A DNA stretch of 64,000 nt. Origin: Chrysomallon squamiferum. Taxonomy: Eukaryota > Animalia > Mollusca. A model generated the notes under the pieces. It saw nothing but the letters and a program-made list of their open reading frames with translations. It had not been told where the DNA came from and did no database searches. The stretch covers positions 4,588,001-4,652,000 of the forward strand of contig CM022672.1 in the NCBI GenBank assembly GCA_012295275.1, written 5' to 3'. Below are positions 47,193 to 60,380 of the stretch, piece after piece. Position numbers and translations under genes: made by a program. Position 1 is the first letter of the stretch; every line of letters begins with the position of its first letter.

Positions 47193-48247
47193 ACTAATAA
47201 TAATAGTAATAATAGTAATAATAGTTTTTATAATAAATAAATAAAATCTAATAAAATAAGATAAAAAACAGTTGCAATTGTAAATAAAAATATCAAAGGC
47301 CTTTTTTCTTATTAAATTTCTTGTCAGTTTAAAAAAAAAAAAAATTCTATTTTTTATTATATTTTGTTTTATTTCTATTGTTTTTGTTTAAAAAAAAGAA
47401 AAAAAGAATGACATACAATAAAAATGATTTGTGAACCAATGGAAAGTCGTCGCTGAATGTGAACATTAAGAAAAACAAAGTAAAAAATAACATACAATAA
47501 AAAAAAAAAAATATATAAAAAAAAAAAAAATGCTGTAAACTTAAGAGATAAATTTTCCGTGAATTCAACTCTGCGTGGACTTTGTCGAAGCTTATAAAAA
47601 CGAACGGATAAAGATATTTACGGAAATGTCAGCAAATTCAAACACATTTTATAAAGACGACAGTTGGAAAATGCCAGAACCACTATACTCAGTCTTCAGA
47701 GACTTTGTGCTGTCATTAATACATTAGTAAATGTCGAATTAGTTTAGTGAAATGTTTAAAGTCTCAATCTGTATTAAATTTGATTGACAAAGCATGCGGT
47801 ACGTACACACAGCGCTGGGAATTGGATTCGCTTTTTTCTTTACGATAAATACTTAAGAATATAAGCATTAACTTAAATACGTTTTATTTACATTCAAGTG
47901 AATGTTCGTTTTTGTTTGTATTTTGTTGTTGTTGTTGTTAAAGTATACATCTTGTTGAGCTAATATAAAGTCTAAATATGTTTAATTTGCTTTCAAACAA
48001 ATTTTATTTATTTTTTATTATTTGTTTATTGATAAAAATATCACACGAAAAAGACAACATATATAATAATTCTTATCACTTTTATTCATGATCAAGTACT
48101 GGATAAAGTAAGATAATATGGTTGAAGAAAATTATAATATATTAAAAAAAAAACCCCATAAATAATAATAATAATAATAATAAATAAATAAATATGGAGA
48201 GAGAGGGGGAGAGAGAGGGGAGGGAGGGAGAGGGGGAGAGAGAGAGG

Positions 48248-48339
<92 letters not shown>

Positions 48340-48564
48340 CCACAAAAACAAGAGGGCCAACAGTTAAATGACGAAAGGAAAACTTTTTAAAACTAAAAAT
48401 TTTATTATTAAGCAAATCTTAATTTTTGACCTTGGGATTGTCTTGTCATCTTTGTCATTACTGTAATTTTAATGACTATTAAACACAAACTATGCCACTG
48501 AAGGCATCTAAAAAAAAATAATAATAAAAAATAATAATAATAAAAATAAGAAAGAAATCTGACA

Positions 48565-48830
48565 GATGGTATTAAAAGTCATTACTTTGCAACAGATTCA
48601 AAACAAATATGGCAATCCAAGACATTACGTGTACAAAGAAATAACATGAAGCTAAAAACATTACTTCAACAACAACAACAACAAAAAAAGTCAAAGCAAA
48701 GTTGATATTAAAAAAGCATTACCGGTATAGAGATTGAACACAAAGTTAGTATTAAAAACGCATTACGCATACAAAGAATTAAAAGAAAGTTAATATTAAA
48801 CAGCATCAAGTGAACAAAGAATCAAAGACT
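48565..48830 (+). repeat. Degenerate minisatellite, period about 43-44 bp
   Basis: AAAGTTRRTATTAAAMA.GCATTAC....ACAAAGAAT-like units; three clear copies at 48698-48830 and weaker ones upstream. Confidence 0.65.
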
Positions 48831-49841
48831 GTATTACTTATTTTCTCACACTTTACACAAAATAACGAATCAGCGTGCTAGAAACATTTATTAGTGACTT
48901 TAACTACCTGTTTTTACACTCTTATTTTCTGCGTATATGTAACTTTGGCTTTTGCAAATTACCACTTTATTTCGCCATTATCATCTTTTGTTCGGCGACA
49001 AAGTAACGAAGCTTTCATCGCCTGGAATCTGAAAATCTGAAAATTTGATAATTTGTTCGTTTACGTTAAGAAGCAACTTCAGATTGGCTTGTCTGTCTGG
49101 CAAGAATACCACTGCTTTGTCTTCATATTTGGTAACATATGTTTTGCTTTAGCAATATTAGTTACGGACTGAAAATCAAATAATGTCCGCACAATAGTAT
49201 TTTATTTTAGAAAATGGAAACTGCCTCAGGTGTTTATCGACTTAGGTTAATGCGAACTTGCTGGCAAATTGTTAATTTGTAAAACTAATTGCCGGGACTT
49301 TGTTCGGTTTAATACGGCGACAACTAGCGAATATTAAGCGTAGTCGGGACGGTGGGTGGTTTACCCATCATTAACTCATTTTCATTGGCAATATCGCCAG
49401 AAATGCTTCCGAGATTTAGGCGACGCAAATCTATCATTAAAAGATCCTTGTTACACACACACACACTAAGAAGCAAGCGTTTGTTCTCACAGAAGAAAGG
49501 GTTTGGGCTAAAACGCTGAACCAGGTAATCACATCAAAATGGTTCATCGGTACCTACAGATGTGGCCTTCCTGAAAAACACGGACGCTTATTTAAAAATC
49601 TTTTGAGAAATGACAATGGTGGATTAGGTCTAAATATAGAGCGACAGTTTTCACTTTACTTGGGACGGAGAATATAACATAAGGTTTTTGATGTAACACA
49701 CGAAGAACAGATCTTGCCGTAAAGAATAAAAACGAATAACTCCAAAACACTTCTGAAGAAATAAGATGATTTTTTGTTTATATGATTTTTAATAAGATAA
49801 AATATTTCGTTACTATTTCCTGTTTAGTTTATCATTCCTAA

Positions 49842-49874
<33 letters not shown>

Positions 49875-50171
49875 AAAAATAAGTCCTAAAAAAATGGTTC
49901 CTTTCAATAATGTTTAATGAAAAAGTGCAGTTTTAAAATCAAGTCTTAGTATAAAAGCGAGAGAGAAAGTACACAGCCGCCATTTTAAAATTGCTTAGAT
50001 TAGCTGAAAGTTTACAAAACCTTTGTCGCCAAGACATCGTTGCCTTTTCATCAGCTCATAGTAATGGAGATTTAAAATTAACTTTTATCAGAATTTTTAT
50101 ATTTCATATGTAAAATAGCATTATACTATTTGTTGTTATTGTTGTTGTTGCTGTTAAATACATTAAGTACA

Positions 50172-50202
<31 letters not shown>

Positions 50203-53200
50203 CATACATACATAAATACATACATACATAAATAAATAAATTAAAAATAATAATAAAAATAAAATAATTTAATAAAGTATGTTAAAATAAGATGCTTCGT
50301 AGAATACTTCAGTTTTCAATTAATTTCTTTTCCATATTAATTTAATTTTTTAAATCTGTAACAAGCGGGTAAAATTAAACTGATTTAAAAGGGTTTTAAG
50401 TTTAATTCTGAAGTGATTTCATAATAAATATAAGAACTTTTATTTTTAATTGCACTCATTCTCACGTGATGCAAAAATATAGCTTAATCATGCATTAAAA
50501 ATTGAATTAATAATAATTTTGTTATTATATTATATTTATAAATATATTTTAATAATGCTTTACTATGGAAATCTTCTTCTTTCTTCTTCTTCTTCTTATT
50601 ATTATCATTTTATTTTCCTATATATATATATATATAAGTAGACACATATACTACAAATATACACATATAATACGTTAACAAATACATGCATACACATATA
50701 CACATGAATGCATATATACATACATACACATATTATACAGTGTTTTAATACTAATTTATATTATATTCCCAAAAGACGTGAATTATTTCTGTAAATATAT
50801 TCAGCGAATTCATATTTCGAAAAGAAAAGGAAAAGATGGATTATGGATCTGAATATTAATGAAGAATGAAATCAGTGTAATTTTTCACATTATCAGTTTG
50901 CGAGAGAAAAGAAACCACGCTGGCCTGTCTGGTTGATTCACCAGCGCAGATACCCAAAACCCAGACCTGATTCAACCACGTGGCATTTACCTCTTAATGA
51001 GGCACAAGACGGTAATCTTCCGACCAGCAAATTGCCTCTAAATTTGACCAGCACGTGCCTTGAACGCGCCGATGACCGGCACTGACCGCTCGTCGCACCT
51101 GTGCAGGTTGTAATTATTTACCTGCATTTCTTTTCCCCTAAACCCCCGCCTCGTCGGTCGAACTCCCCACCCTGCCGCCTCCCCGCAGCTTTCTTTTCAC
51201 AAGCTGATCAGGTTTTGCCGATGTCCGCGGACTCGACTGGTAATGTAACATCACAGCCCTGCGACGTCGCTGAAAATTAAACCAGTTCTGATTACACGAC
51301 TCACGCGGAGTGACGCGAGTTCGCAGACGATCACAAGGAACGGGATGAAGGTTTCTATTACCAATCTATCGAAATGGTGATTATCACCATCGTCGAATCC
51401 ATGCTTTCCTGCCTGGCTTCCAGCAAACAATTGTAAAGAGCTGTTTGGCAGATGACTCTGGCGTTGCAGCAAGTTGAATGGGCTGCGCTAACACATTTTA
51501 CTATTTGAAAGGGAACAAAAACAGAAAATCTCCTGTCTCGTTTACAAATACATAATTGTTTCCGAGTTCACATTATCGATATCGGATTTTGCAACGAATT
51601 GTTTGTAAAACCTAACAAATTGAACCATGTGATATAAAACAAATAAATTAGTTTATTTCCTGTTTCACTTCCGGTACGTAATTGCCTTCTAATTCGCGTT
51701 GCTGGTATTGGTGCTACACAGAAACAGAGCTGGTTGAGTTAAACGTAAACATTTCCTGCTTTCTTTGCTACCAGCGGATAATAATAATAATTATTCTTTC
51801 TCTTAGTTTTGTAGTAAATAGTGTGAAGAGATATAAATCATACTATTTGACAGAAATCAAAGTAGAACATTTCCCGTGTCGTTTACAACACGTAACTATA
51901 ATTACTGTCGATATTGTTCGTACAGAAGATATAATAAAGTAGCCGTATTGATAAGCGTTAATACTGGCTTTGAAGTTAATAATCTAAACAAACGAGATTT
52001 TGTTACTAAATGAATGAGAATATTTTGTGTTTTACTTCCAGCTGATAATTATGATTTATTCGTATAATTCGAATTAATAATTATTGTTGATACTGAATAT
52101 ATTTTTTAACAAAAAAAAAAAAAAAAAAAAAAAATAAATAAAAAAAAATAAAATAAAAAAAAAAATAAAATATAAAATAAATAAAATAAATAAAAAGTAA
52201 ATAAATAAATTAACATATATTGTCTGTTTTTTTTTTTTTTTTTTTTTTTTTCGTGAATCTAATATTAGTATAACAGAAAACTTTGTGACTGTTGACAAAG
52301 CAATAAATAACAACAAAACAACATCAATAATAATAATAATAATAATAAATAAATAAATAAATAGAAGAAATAAAAATAAAAATAATCAGTCACCCTCAGC
52401 AAGTTAAAATAAAGCAAAAAAAAATCAACTGCAAAACTATATGAATATAATAAAATAACATAAGTTTTATATATTGAAATAGATTTTAATAATTAATTCA
52501 TACATTTAAATAAATTATAATGTCATAATACAATTAGTAGAAATAAATAAATAAATAAATATATCTGTGTTGTATGTGTGCGTGCGTGCGTGTGTGTGTG
52601 TGTGTGTGTGTGATAAAATCAAATAAAATGCCAAATAAAAATAAATACAAAATAAGCACGCTCAAACGCAAGTATTACAATGCACTGAAATCAAATTAAT
52701 TGATTTTGTTAATCAGATTAAATGTAACAGGCGAAAAGACTGTGAGTCAGAAACAGATAATGTGAAAGAAAGAACCGGAACAAATTATTTTTATATTAGA
52801 GATATTACATCTTGCTACAATACAATACGCTCACACACGCACGCACGCAAGAATAAACATATATGTATTCCTACCTACACATACATACATACATACATAC
52901 ATGTATAACAATATTAAATTACATCAAACAGAAAACAACACATCAACATTGATTTTATGAATTAAAAGGATAACGTACCACGAAATAGCCTACTCACATT
53001 TAGTATTCTGCTCATAATAAACATTCTACTGCCGCGAGCAATGTCTTTTGAGTACACCAAAGACAAATATTTATGATTTCACAGCAGATATTTAAGAACG
53101 CAGATATGTGGCAACTGCAATTTTGAATAACATTCTTCAAAGTCCAAATTTCGCAATGAAGTTCAGCTGCGAGAAAATATGACACAAAAATATCAGTAAA

Positions 53201-54304
53201 TGAAACTTGCAGCTGTACCCCACATTACGATATCTGCACTTAATTGTTAAGTCGTCATTTCCGATTCAGTAATTACGTCACTGGATTAAAACACGTGATA
53301 TTCCTGAGATAGCAAATGTCGAGGTGCATCGCAAGTTTTATGAACAAACAGAGAATTGTCAAATAAGTTTTGTTTCAGAGGTAGCTATTTTTAATTTAAC
53401 GGTGGCAAAATACATTATAAATTTAGGAGTCATGCTTTCTTTAGTTTGTTTCGTTTTTTGTTATGCGATATTAAAAAACTAAGACTAAAAATAAAAAATA
53501 AAAAATAAAACAAAATAATAAATAAATAAATAAATAAATAAAAGAAATAAAAGAAGAAAAAAAAGAATAATAAAATGTAAATATAATATTTTTATTATCA
53601 TTTCAATTTTAATTTTTTTTGAAGATATGGTTGATGGTAGACTTAAATCTAATATAAATCTGTAAAGCTGGATATTTTCTGTCTCTAGTATCTCTTTTGT
53701 CCCGAAATGAGGAATTTTATTTATTAGAGTTTGACTAATATGAATTTTCATTGTGAAGAGAAAGAAATCATTTCATTATCTGCCTAAATTTTAAAAATAA
53801 TTTGATTTACATGTGACTTCCTGTTGTAAAATAGGTTTCTTTAAACATACTGATGTATATGTGCATTCACTCTGTGTATGTACAAGCTCATAATACAAAT
53901 AAATAAATGTATATATACTGCTAGACCATATGTAAAGATATAATACTTTGATCAGTGGTATAATACTTTGTAACTGTAAACTAAATAACAACAAATCTAT
54001 ATACAAAATTTTGGCACAAAATGAAGAAAATAAATTATAAACAGTTTATCACAGCAAACAAAAACCAATAAGAATAGCATATATGTCATAATAATGATAA
54101 TGAAAGGCCTACATAGAAAAAGAAATTGGTTTGAAATTATTTAATTTTATTTTTACGTAATTGAGCACAGTAGAACAATTATTTTAAAACATTAAAAATA
54201 TGGTCATCCCTATTTAATAAAGATTTGATTATTCTTTGAACTGCTATGATCATTATATTTCAAACTTCTAAATTAAGCATTTTCTTTTCCTACATATGTC
54301 TTGT

Positions 54305-54452
54305 CAAGAGCTGGATTAAGATTTTGTAATCTCCAGGACCAGAGGAAGTGTGAAGCACTCAGTAATATTTTCAAAAGTAAAAAATGTTCTTAACTTAATC
54401 TTTGGTGGCCCCTGGAGTGCAAGCCCAGAGTCCATGTGTTAATCTGGCCCAT
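54305..54452. mobile_element. Short decayed hAT-like MITE
   Basis: Inverted ends GAGCTGGATTAAG and TTAATCTGGCCC, with internal GGCCCCTGG. Similar TIR type to the element at 39824. Confidence 0.45.
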
Positions 54453-54927
54453 CACTGGACATTGGAAATCTTTAGAATTAAAGATAATTTTATATACAAT
54501 CAGATGTGATGGCTTGAACCTGTAAGGCTCTAAGCTGTAGTTAATTTACCTTAATTCTGTTTTACAAATGGACATGAAAAAACCAAAATTTTTTTTATCT
54601 ATTGCAAAAGTTCAGATCAACTTTTCTTTTATCTAAAATTATCATGAATAGATCAAATTTAGAAATCAGTAACTTTTTTATTATGAAATGTTAGCATTCA
54701 TACCACACATAAAAACAAAACCTAACCATGGATGTGAAATTCAATAAAGAATTCTTTAACAGTTAGAATAAAATCAAACCAAGTGAAACACACATTACTT
54801 GTAGAGTAACTTGATAAATAAAACTGCAATAGACTCTGACAATAAATAATTCATTTGTTAATTTGTGAACAAAAATCAGCTGTGTATATATTATAAAGAA
54901 CTTTATACAAGTGATAGTTCATGACAA

Positions 54928-54998
<71 letters not shown>

Positions 54999-55720
54999 CC
55001 ACATGTTTTCAAAATATATAAAAGATTCAGATTTCTGAATTTCAGAAAAGTGGATTGTCACCTACATGTACAGCAAAGACTTATTACAGTATACATCATT
55101 CTGTCAGTAAAATACATTTTTATCAGAAAACTATGAATGAAAAGTCAATCACAAACTGCTTTATGTATAAACACAGCTTGTGTATATATATATATATGAC
55201 AAATTCTATTAAAGTTATATATAAATATTTTATTTATTCTTATTACATTTTCTTTCATACAATAAATATACAAATATTTAAAAACTATATATATAAATAT
55301 ATAAATGTTACTATTAACATATTTATCTGATGCTTGTTTACGTATGAAAACAGTCATATTTATTTAGAAATTCATAATTGTAAGGAAGAACGAAAAACCC
55401 ATTTTAATTTTTGCTGTCTAAACAGTTCCAAAAATACTATAATATTATTTTACCTAATGTGAAAATACTAGAGTAGTTTAATAACCTTAGCCATACGAAG
55501 CAGCTTGAGAATTAACATGGAAGACTTTATCTTAACAACTGACTTTGAGATGTTTTTGTTTCTTAGTTTATGTACTAAACACCTTTGAATATACAAGTTA
55601 TTAATTATTATGTCAGTAAATCATTACAGTTATTTGCTGGAAGTGAAATACAAAAGAGTAAATGTTGTTTTTCATGCATTTTTCAAATGTAAACAAACAC
55701 CAAAATATTATGTTCATAGC

Positions 55721-55753
<33 letters not shown>

Positions 55754-55821
55754 AAAAATTAAGAATGAAATAGTATATAAAGTTATCTAAATATTTAGAA
55801 CAAAAAAAGAATAGGTAAAAC

Positions 55822-55870
<49 letters not shown>

Positions 55871-56123
55871 ACTGTATTTGAATCAAATAATAATCACAGT
55901 TTCTTTTTTGATTCATTATCTCTATATTTTTATCTTTGTGGTTATGAGAATCAAATCTAAACTTTATAATATTCTTCAGCTAATTTCATTCTTAACCCAG
56001 TCATTCTTTTCAATAAATCTTTTCAGTTCCATTCCAGCAGCATCTTGTTTTAATAATTTCATTTTCACAGTAAATACAAGCCACACTCAAATATTTTGAT
56101 GGATATTGGTTTTTCCAGTGTTT

Positions 56124-56192
56124 CTAGGAAGCTGGGAATAACACAGCAAATGACACATAGGTAGGTTTCTTTATATATCTTAGCTCCAATAC
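56124..56192 (-). CDS. BTBD16: BTBD16-like terminal coding exon: VLELRYIKKPTYVSFAVLFPAS*
   Basis: AAACAG acceptor, phase 0, TAG at 56124-26. The C-terminus closely matches recalled human PIYVSFAFIFPAS. Confidence 0.9.
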   Translation of the reverse strand, partial: VLELRYIKKPTYVSFAVLFPAS

Positions 56193-56751
56193 CTGTTTTA
56201 AAAAAAGAAAAAGAGTAAAAATTATTGTTTTTATGATAGTGTTTGGAAAAAGAGATTTAAAAATTAATAATAATAATAATTAATTTATTATGATATACAT
56301 GTGGAACAACCAGTATGTTTATTTTAATCATTTCAGTTTTGTTCTTAACAAAACAAACAAGTAAAGCCTTACAAAACACAAAGAAATAATAATAATAAAT
56401 AAATAAATAAATAAATTAAAAACGGCTCAAAGCTTCATACTAAGTCTTTTGTGTCTTTTTGTTCTCCGTAATTCCGTGCAATAAGGGAGGCAACAAATGC
56501 AACAAGAATGAATTATATATTCCACATCAGTATGAAACAATTTCAGAACATAAAGATTCTCCACAAAATACATGTCTGAACAATTAAATTGAATAATAAT
56601 ATACTTTTCAATTTTATTAATTATTGTAAAATGTTTGTTTATTTTTTATATATATATATATATATTTTTTTTAGAATAGTAATAATTATTCAAATAATAA
56701 AAAAAAAAAATAAAAAAAAATAACAAAACATTTAAATAAATAAATAAATAA

Positions 56752-56796
<45 letters not shown>

Positions 56797-56865
56797 TTTT
56801 AAAATGATAAATAATGGATTATCAATTGTATATATATGTTAATGTTTTCAAATAAAAACATATAC

Positions 56866-57051
56866 CTCGCTCTTGTTTGATCTTTCACTGAGACCAAATT
56901 TCTTTGACTTGACACCAGTGGAGAAAAAACCAGCACACTCATCTAAGAACTGCACAGTGATGCTGTATCGAGTCTCTCTGTCTCGCCTCAGTGAGAATGT
57001 GTGTCTCTCCGATTGTTTGAAAGTTAATATTGGATCAGTGGGTTCCAGCCG
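56866..57051 (-). CDS. BTBD16: BTBD16-like exon: RLEPTDPILTFKQSERHTFSLRRDRETRYSITVQ...KKFGLSERSNKSE
   Basis: TTCCTAAG acceptor, GAG|GTATAT donor, 186 nt, phase 0/0. SLR..R...Y.I and KFGL motifs as in recalled BTBD16. Confidence 0.88.
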
Positions 57052-57057
57052 CTTAGG

Positions 57058-57520
57058 AATAACAATAATAATAACAATAATAATAATTATAATAACAATA
57101 ATAACAATAATAATAAAAATAATAATAATTATAATAACAATAATAACAATAATAATAAAAATAATAATAATTATAATAATCATAGTAATAATAATTATAA
57201 TAACAATAACAATAATAATAATAATAGTAATTATTATAACAACAATAATAATAATAATAATAATAATGATGATAGTAACAATAACAACAACAATAACCAT
57301 ATAATAATAATAATGACATTAACAATAACAATAACAACAATATAATAATAATAACAACAGTAACAATAACAACAATAACCATAATAACAACAATTTTTAA
57401 ATCTAATAATAGCAACAACAATGACAACAATACAAATAATAACAACAATCACAACCACAATAACAACAATAATAACAACAATAAAGATAATATTACAATG
57501 ATAATTACAATAACAAAAAG
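57058..57520. repeat. (AAT/AAC)n low-complexity tract abutting a BTBD16 acceptor
   Basis: Direct observation. Confidence 0.9.
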
Positions 57521-57707
57521 TTATTAACAATTTTAGATAATAAATATAAACAATATGATTCAGTATTATAGTAACTGTGTGTAGTAGTAGCATAATAACT
57601 GTAGCAACAGTAGTAGTAGTAATAGTAGTAGTGGAATGGCAATATTAATGGTACAAAATAATATTAGTTGCTGTAATAGTGAAGTAATAGTAGTAGTAAT
57701 AGTAGTT

Positions 57708-57749
<42 letters not shown>

Positions 57750-57945
57750 CAAGCAGTGGTAGTATCAGAAATATAATAATTACTTATTCTTATTATAATA
57801 ATGTGAAGCAACATATTTAGTACACAGATATGACTACGTAAATAAACAGATGGAAGAAAAGATCTATAGAGAAGTATGTATGTGACATGCAGATTGACAG
57901 ACACACAGTTCAGACAGACATACTGACTGACTGACAAGTTATTAC

Positions 57946-58044
57946 CTGCATGTAGAAAACATAGTATCCTACAGCTTCTTTCACAGCTTTCAGTTCAAAA
58001 TGAAACCCATGTATTGACAGAATTTCAGAGTGATAGTGAGGTTC
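57946..58044 (-). CDS. BTBD16: BTBD16-like exon: EPHYHSEILSIHGFHFELKAVKEAVGYYVFYMQ
   Basis: TTTTGTAG acceptor, CAG|GTAAT donor, 99 nt, phase 0/0. Matches recalled YSKTIALYGFFFKIK...YSFYMQ. Confidence 0.9.
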
Positions 58045-58215
58045 CTACAAAATAAATATTATCATACAGTGAAGATACTACAACATACATTTTAACATCC
58101 TGTGAAGTTCCTACAATATAAAATTTTAACATAAAGTGAGGTTACAAAAGGCTACATTTTGACATTCTGTGAAGTTAGTACAATGTAAATTTTAATGCAT
58201 ATTGAAGCTCCTGGA
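58036..58215 (-). repeat. Degenerate 33-34-bp tandem repeat (5-6 copies) overlapping a BTBD16 acceptor
   Basis: Plus-strand GTGARGTTCCTACAA...ATTTTAACAT-like units start at 58036, 58069, 58102, about 58136 and about 58169. Confidence 0.75.
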
Positions 58216-58812
58216 ACACAGTAAAAGTGATAGAACTTCTGAATAATAGTGTCTGCTATAAAACAGTGAAATTCAAAACTGAAGTTGCACACTGACAGAA
58301 CTTGTCCATGTTCCTTGAAACATAAGAACATGGTAAATACTCTTTCTCATTTTACTTGTTAATTATGAAACACACACTAAATAATCTAAACTAGTTGGTT
58401 CTTAACTTTTATTCTTTCCAATTTTTCAACACCCATATTCAAATAACTTTGAATGCTGTTATATCATAGTTAAATTTTACACAGAAGTTGTAGACATTTA
58501 TATGTTATAAACATATAACATTTATGATCATCACTGCCACCCCATGTTCAAGTTACAATGAAGATACCCTGAATTTCTTCAACTAGAAATAATATTACTG
58601 CTCTGTTTTTGGTATATTTAAAAAAAATCAACATAATAATAATAATAATAATAATAAAAAAATAAAAAAAATATATAAAATAAATAAATAATAATAAAAC
58701 AAAAACAAAGAAAAAATATAAAAAATCTCCATACAATAATATTTCTTTAATATACAGACCTAAAAAAAAAAAAGAAATAGAAAAAATAAAACATAAGAAA
58801 CTAAACACTCAC

Positions 58813-58893
58813 ATCATCTATAATAAAACCTTTTCTAACTGCAGCCACATCAAAGGAAATTCTAACAGCAGCCATGTCTCCACCTCCTTGTAA
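58813..58893 (-). CDS. BTBD16: BTBD16-like exon: LQGGGDMAAVRISFDVAAVRKGFIIDD
   Basis: CAG acceptor, GTGAGT donor, 81 nt, phase 0/0. Matches recalled LENGGDM...AVRFG. Confidence 0.9.
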
Positions 58894-59194
58894 CTGTCAC
58901 AGAAAAACATACAAATATATATAGATCAAATGTTAATTTTTATTTAGAAATGTAAATATACTATATATGGTCTAGTAAGGTTTAGCAGTACAAGAATCTC
59001 ACATTATTAGAAATACAGATGTACTGTGTATCAGGCAGTGATGTTTAGTAATGAGAATACCTCACATACTGATATTCTTTAGAAATGTATATTTACTTTA
59101 CGGCAATGATTTGTTAAGGTGAAATGAAGATTTACCACTTGGTAATATATTAAAATATGAAGTCAAACCAAACAGTTAAAACACAAAGAATTAA

Positions 59195-60380
59195 AACTTA
59201 CTGTATGATGATGTATTAAGAAATGATAACTTACTGTATGATGATGTATTAAGAAATGATAACTTACTGTATGATGATGTATTAAGAAATGATAACTTAC
59301 TGTATGATGATGTATTAAGAAATGTTAACTCACTGTATGATGATGTATTAAGAAATGACATCTTACTGTATGATGATGTATTAAGAAATGATAACTTACT
59401 GTATGATGATGTATTAAGAAATAACAACTTACTGTATGATGATGTATTAATAAATGATAACTTACTGTATGATGATGTATTAAGAAATGATAACTCACTG
59501 TATGATGATGTATTAAGAAATGATAACTTACTGTGTGATGATGTATTAAGAAATGATAACTTACTGTGTGATGATGTATTAAGAAATGACATCTTACTGT
59601 ATGATGATGTATTAAGAAATGATAACTCACTGTATGATGATGTATTAAGAAATGATAACTCACTGTCTGATGATGTATTAAGAAATGATAACTTACTGTG
59701 TGATGATGTATTAAGAAATGATAACTTACTGTATGATGATGTATTAAGAAATGATAACTTACTGTATGATGATGTATTAAGAAATGATAACTTACTGTAT
59801 GATGATGTATTAAGAAATGTTAACTCACTGTATGATGATGTATTAAGAAATGACATCTTACTGTATGATGATGTATTAAGAAATGATAACTTACTGTATG
59901 ATGATGTATTAAGAAATGACAACTTACTGTATGATGATGTATTAAGAAATGATAACTCACTGTATGATGATGTATTAAGAAATGATAACTCACTGTATGA
60001 TGATGTATTAAGAAATGATAACTTACTGTGTGATGATGTATTAAGAAATGATAACTTACTGTGTGATGATGTATTAAGAAATGACATCTTACTGTATGAT
60101 GATGTATTAAGAAATGATAACTCACTGTATGATGTATTAAGAAATGATAACTCACTGTATGATGATGTATTAAGAAATGATAACTTACTGTGTGATGATG
60201 TATTAAGAAATGATAACTCACTGTATGATGATGTATTAAGAAATGTTAACTCACTGTATGATGATGTATTAAGAAATGATAACTTACTGTATGATGATGT
60301 ATTAAGAAATGACATCTTACTGTATGATGATGTATTAAGAAATGATAACTTACAGCATGATGATGTATTAAGAAATGTTA
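59195..60380 (-). repeat. 33-bp minisatellite B (about 36 copies), related to A
   Basis: Minus-strand unit CATCATCATACAGTRAGTTATCATTTCTTAATA. Highly homogeneous, with one copy carrying a 3-nt deletion near 60130. Confidence 0.97.

Noticed and set aside
55975-56065. Short ATG-initiated ORF after the BTBD16 stop (MKLLKQDAAGMELKRF...)
   Set aside because: Only 28 codons. The true C-terminus FPAS* matches the family, so this is 3' UTR.
59191-60315. 374-aa ORF (SFLNTSSYSKL)n
   Set aside because: By-product of a stop-free 33-bp minisatellite inside an intron. It is not in the frame homologous to the BTBD16 exon and has no unique sequence.
59195-60380. CRISPR-like appearance of the 33-bp array
   Set aside because: Units are head-to-tail with no unique spacers, there are no cas genes, and the context is a eukaryotic intron.
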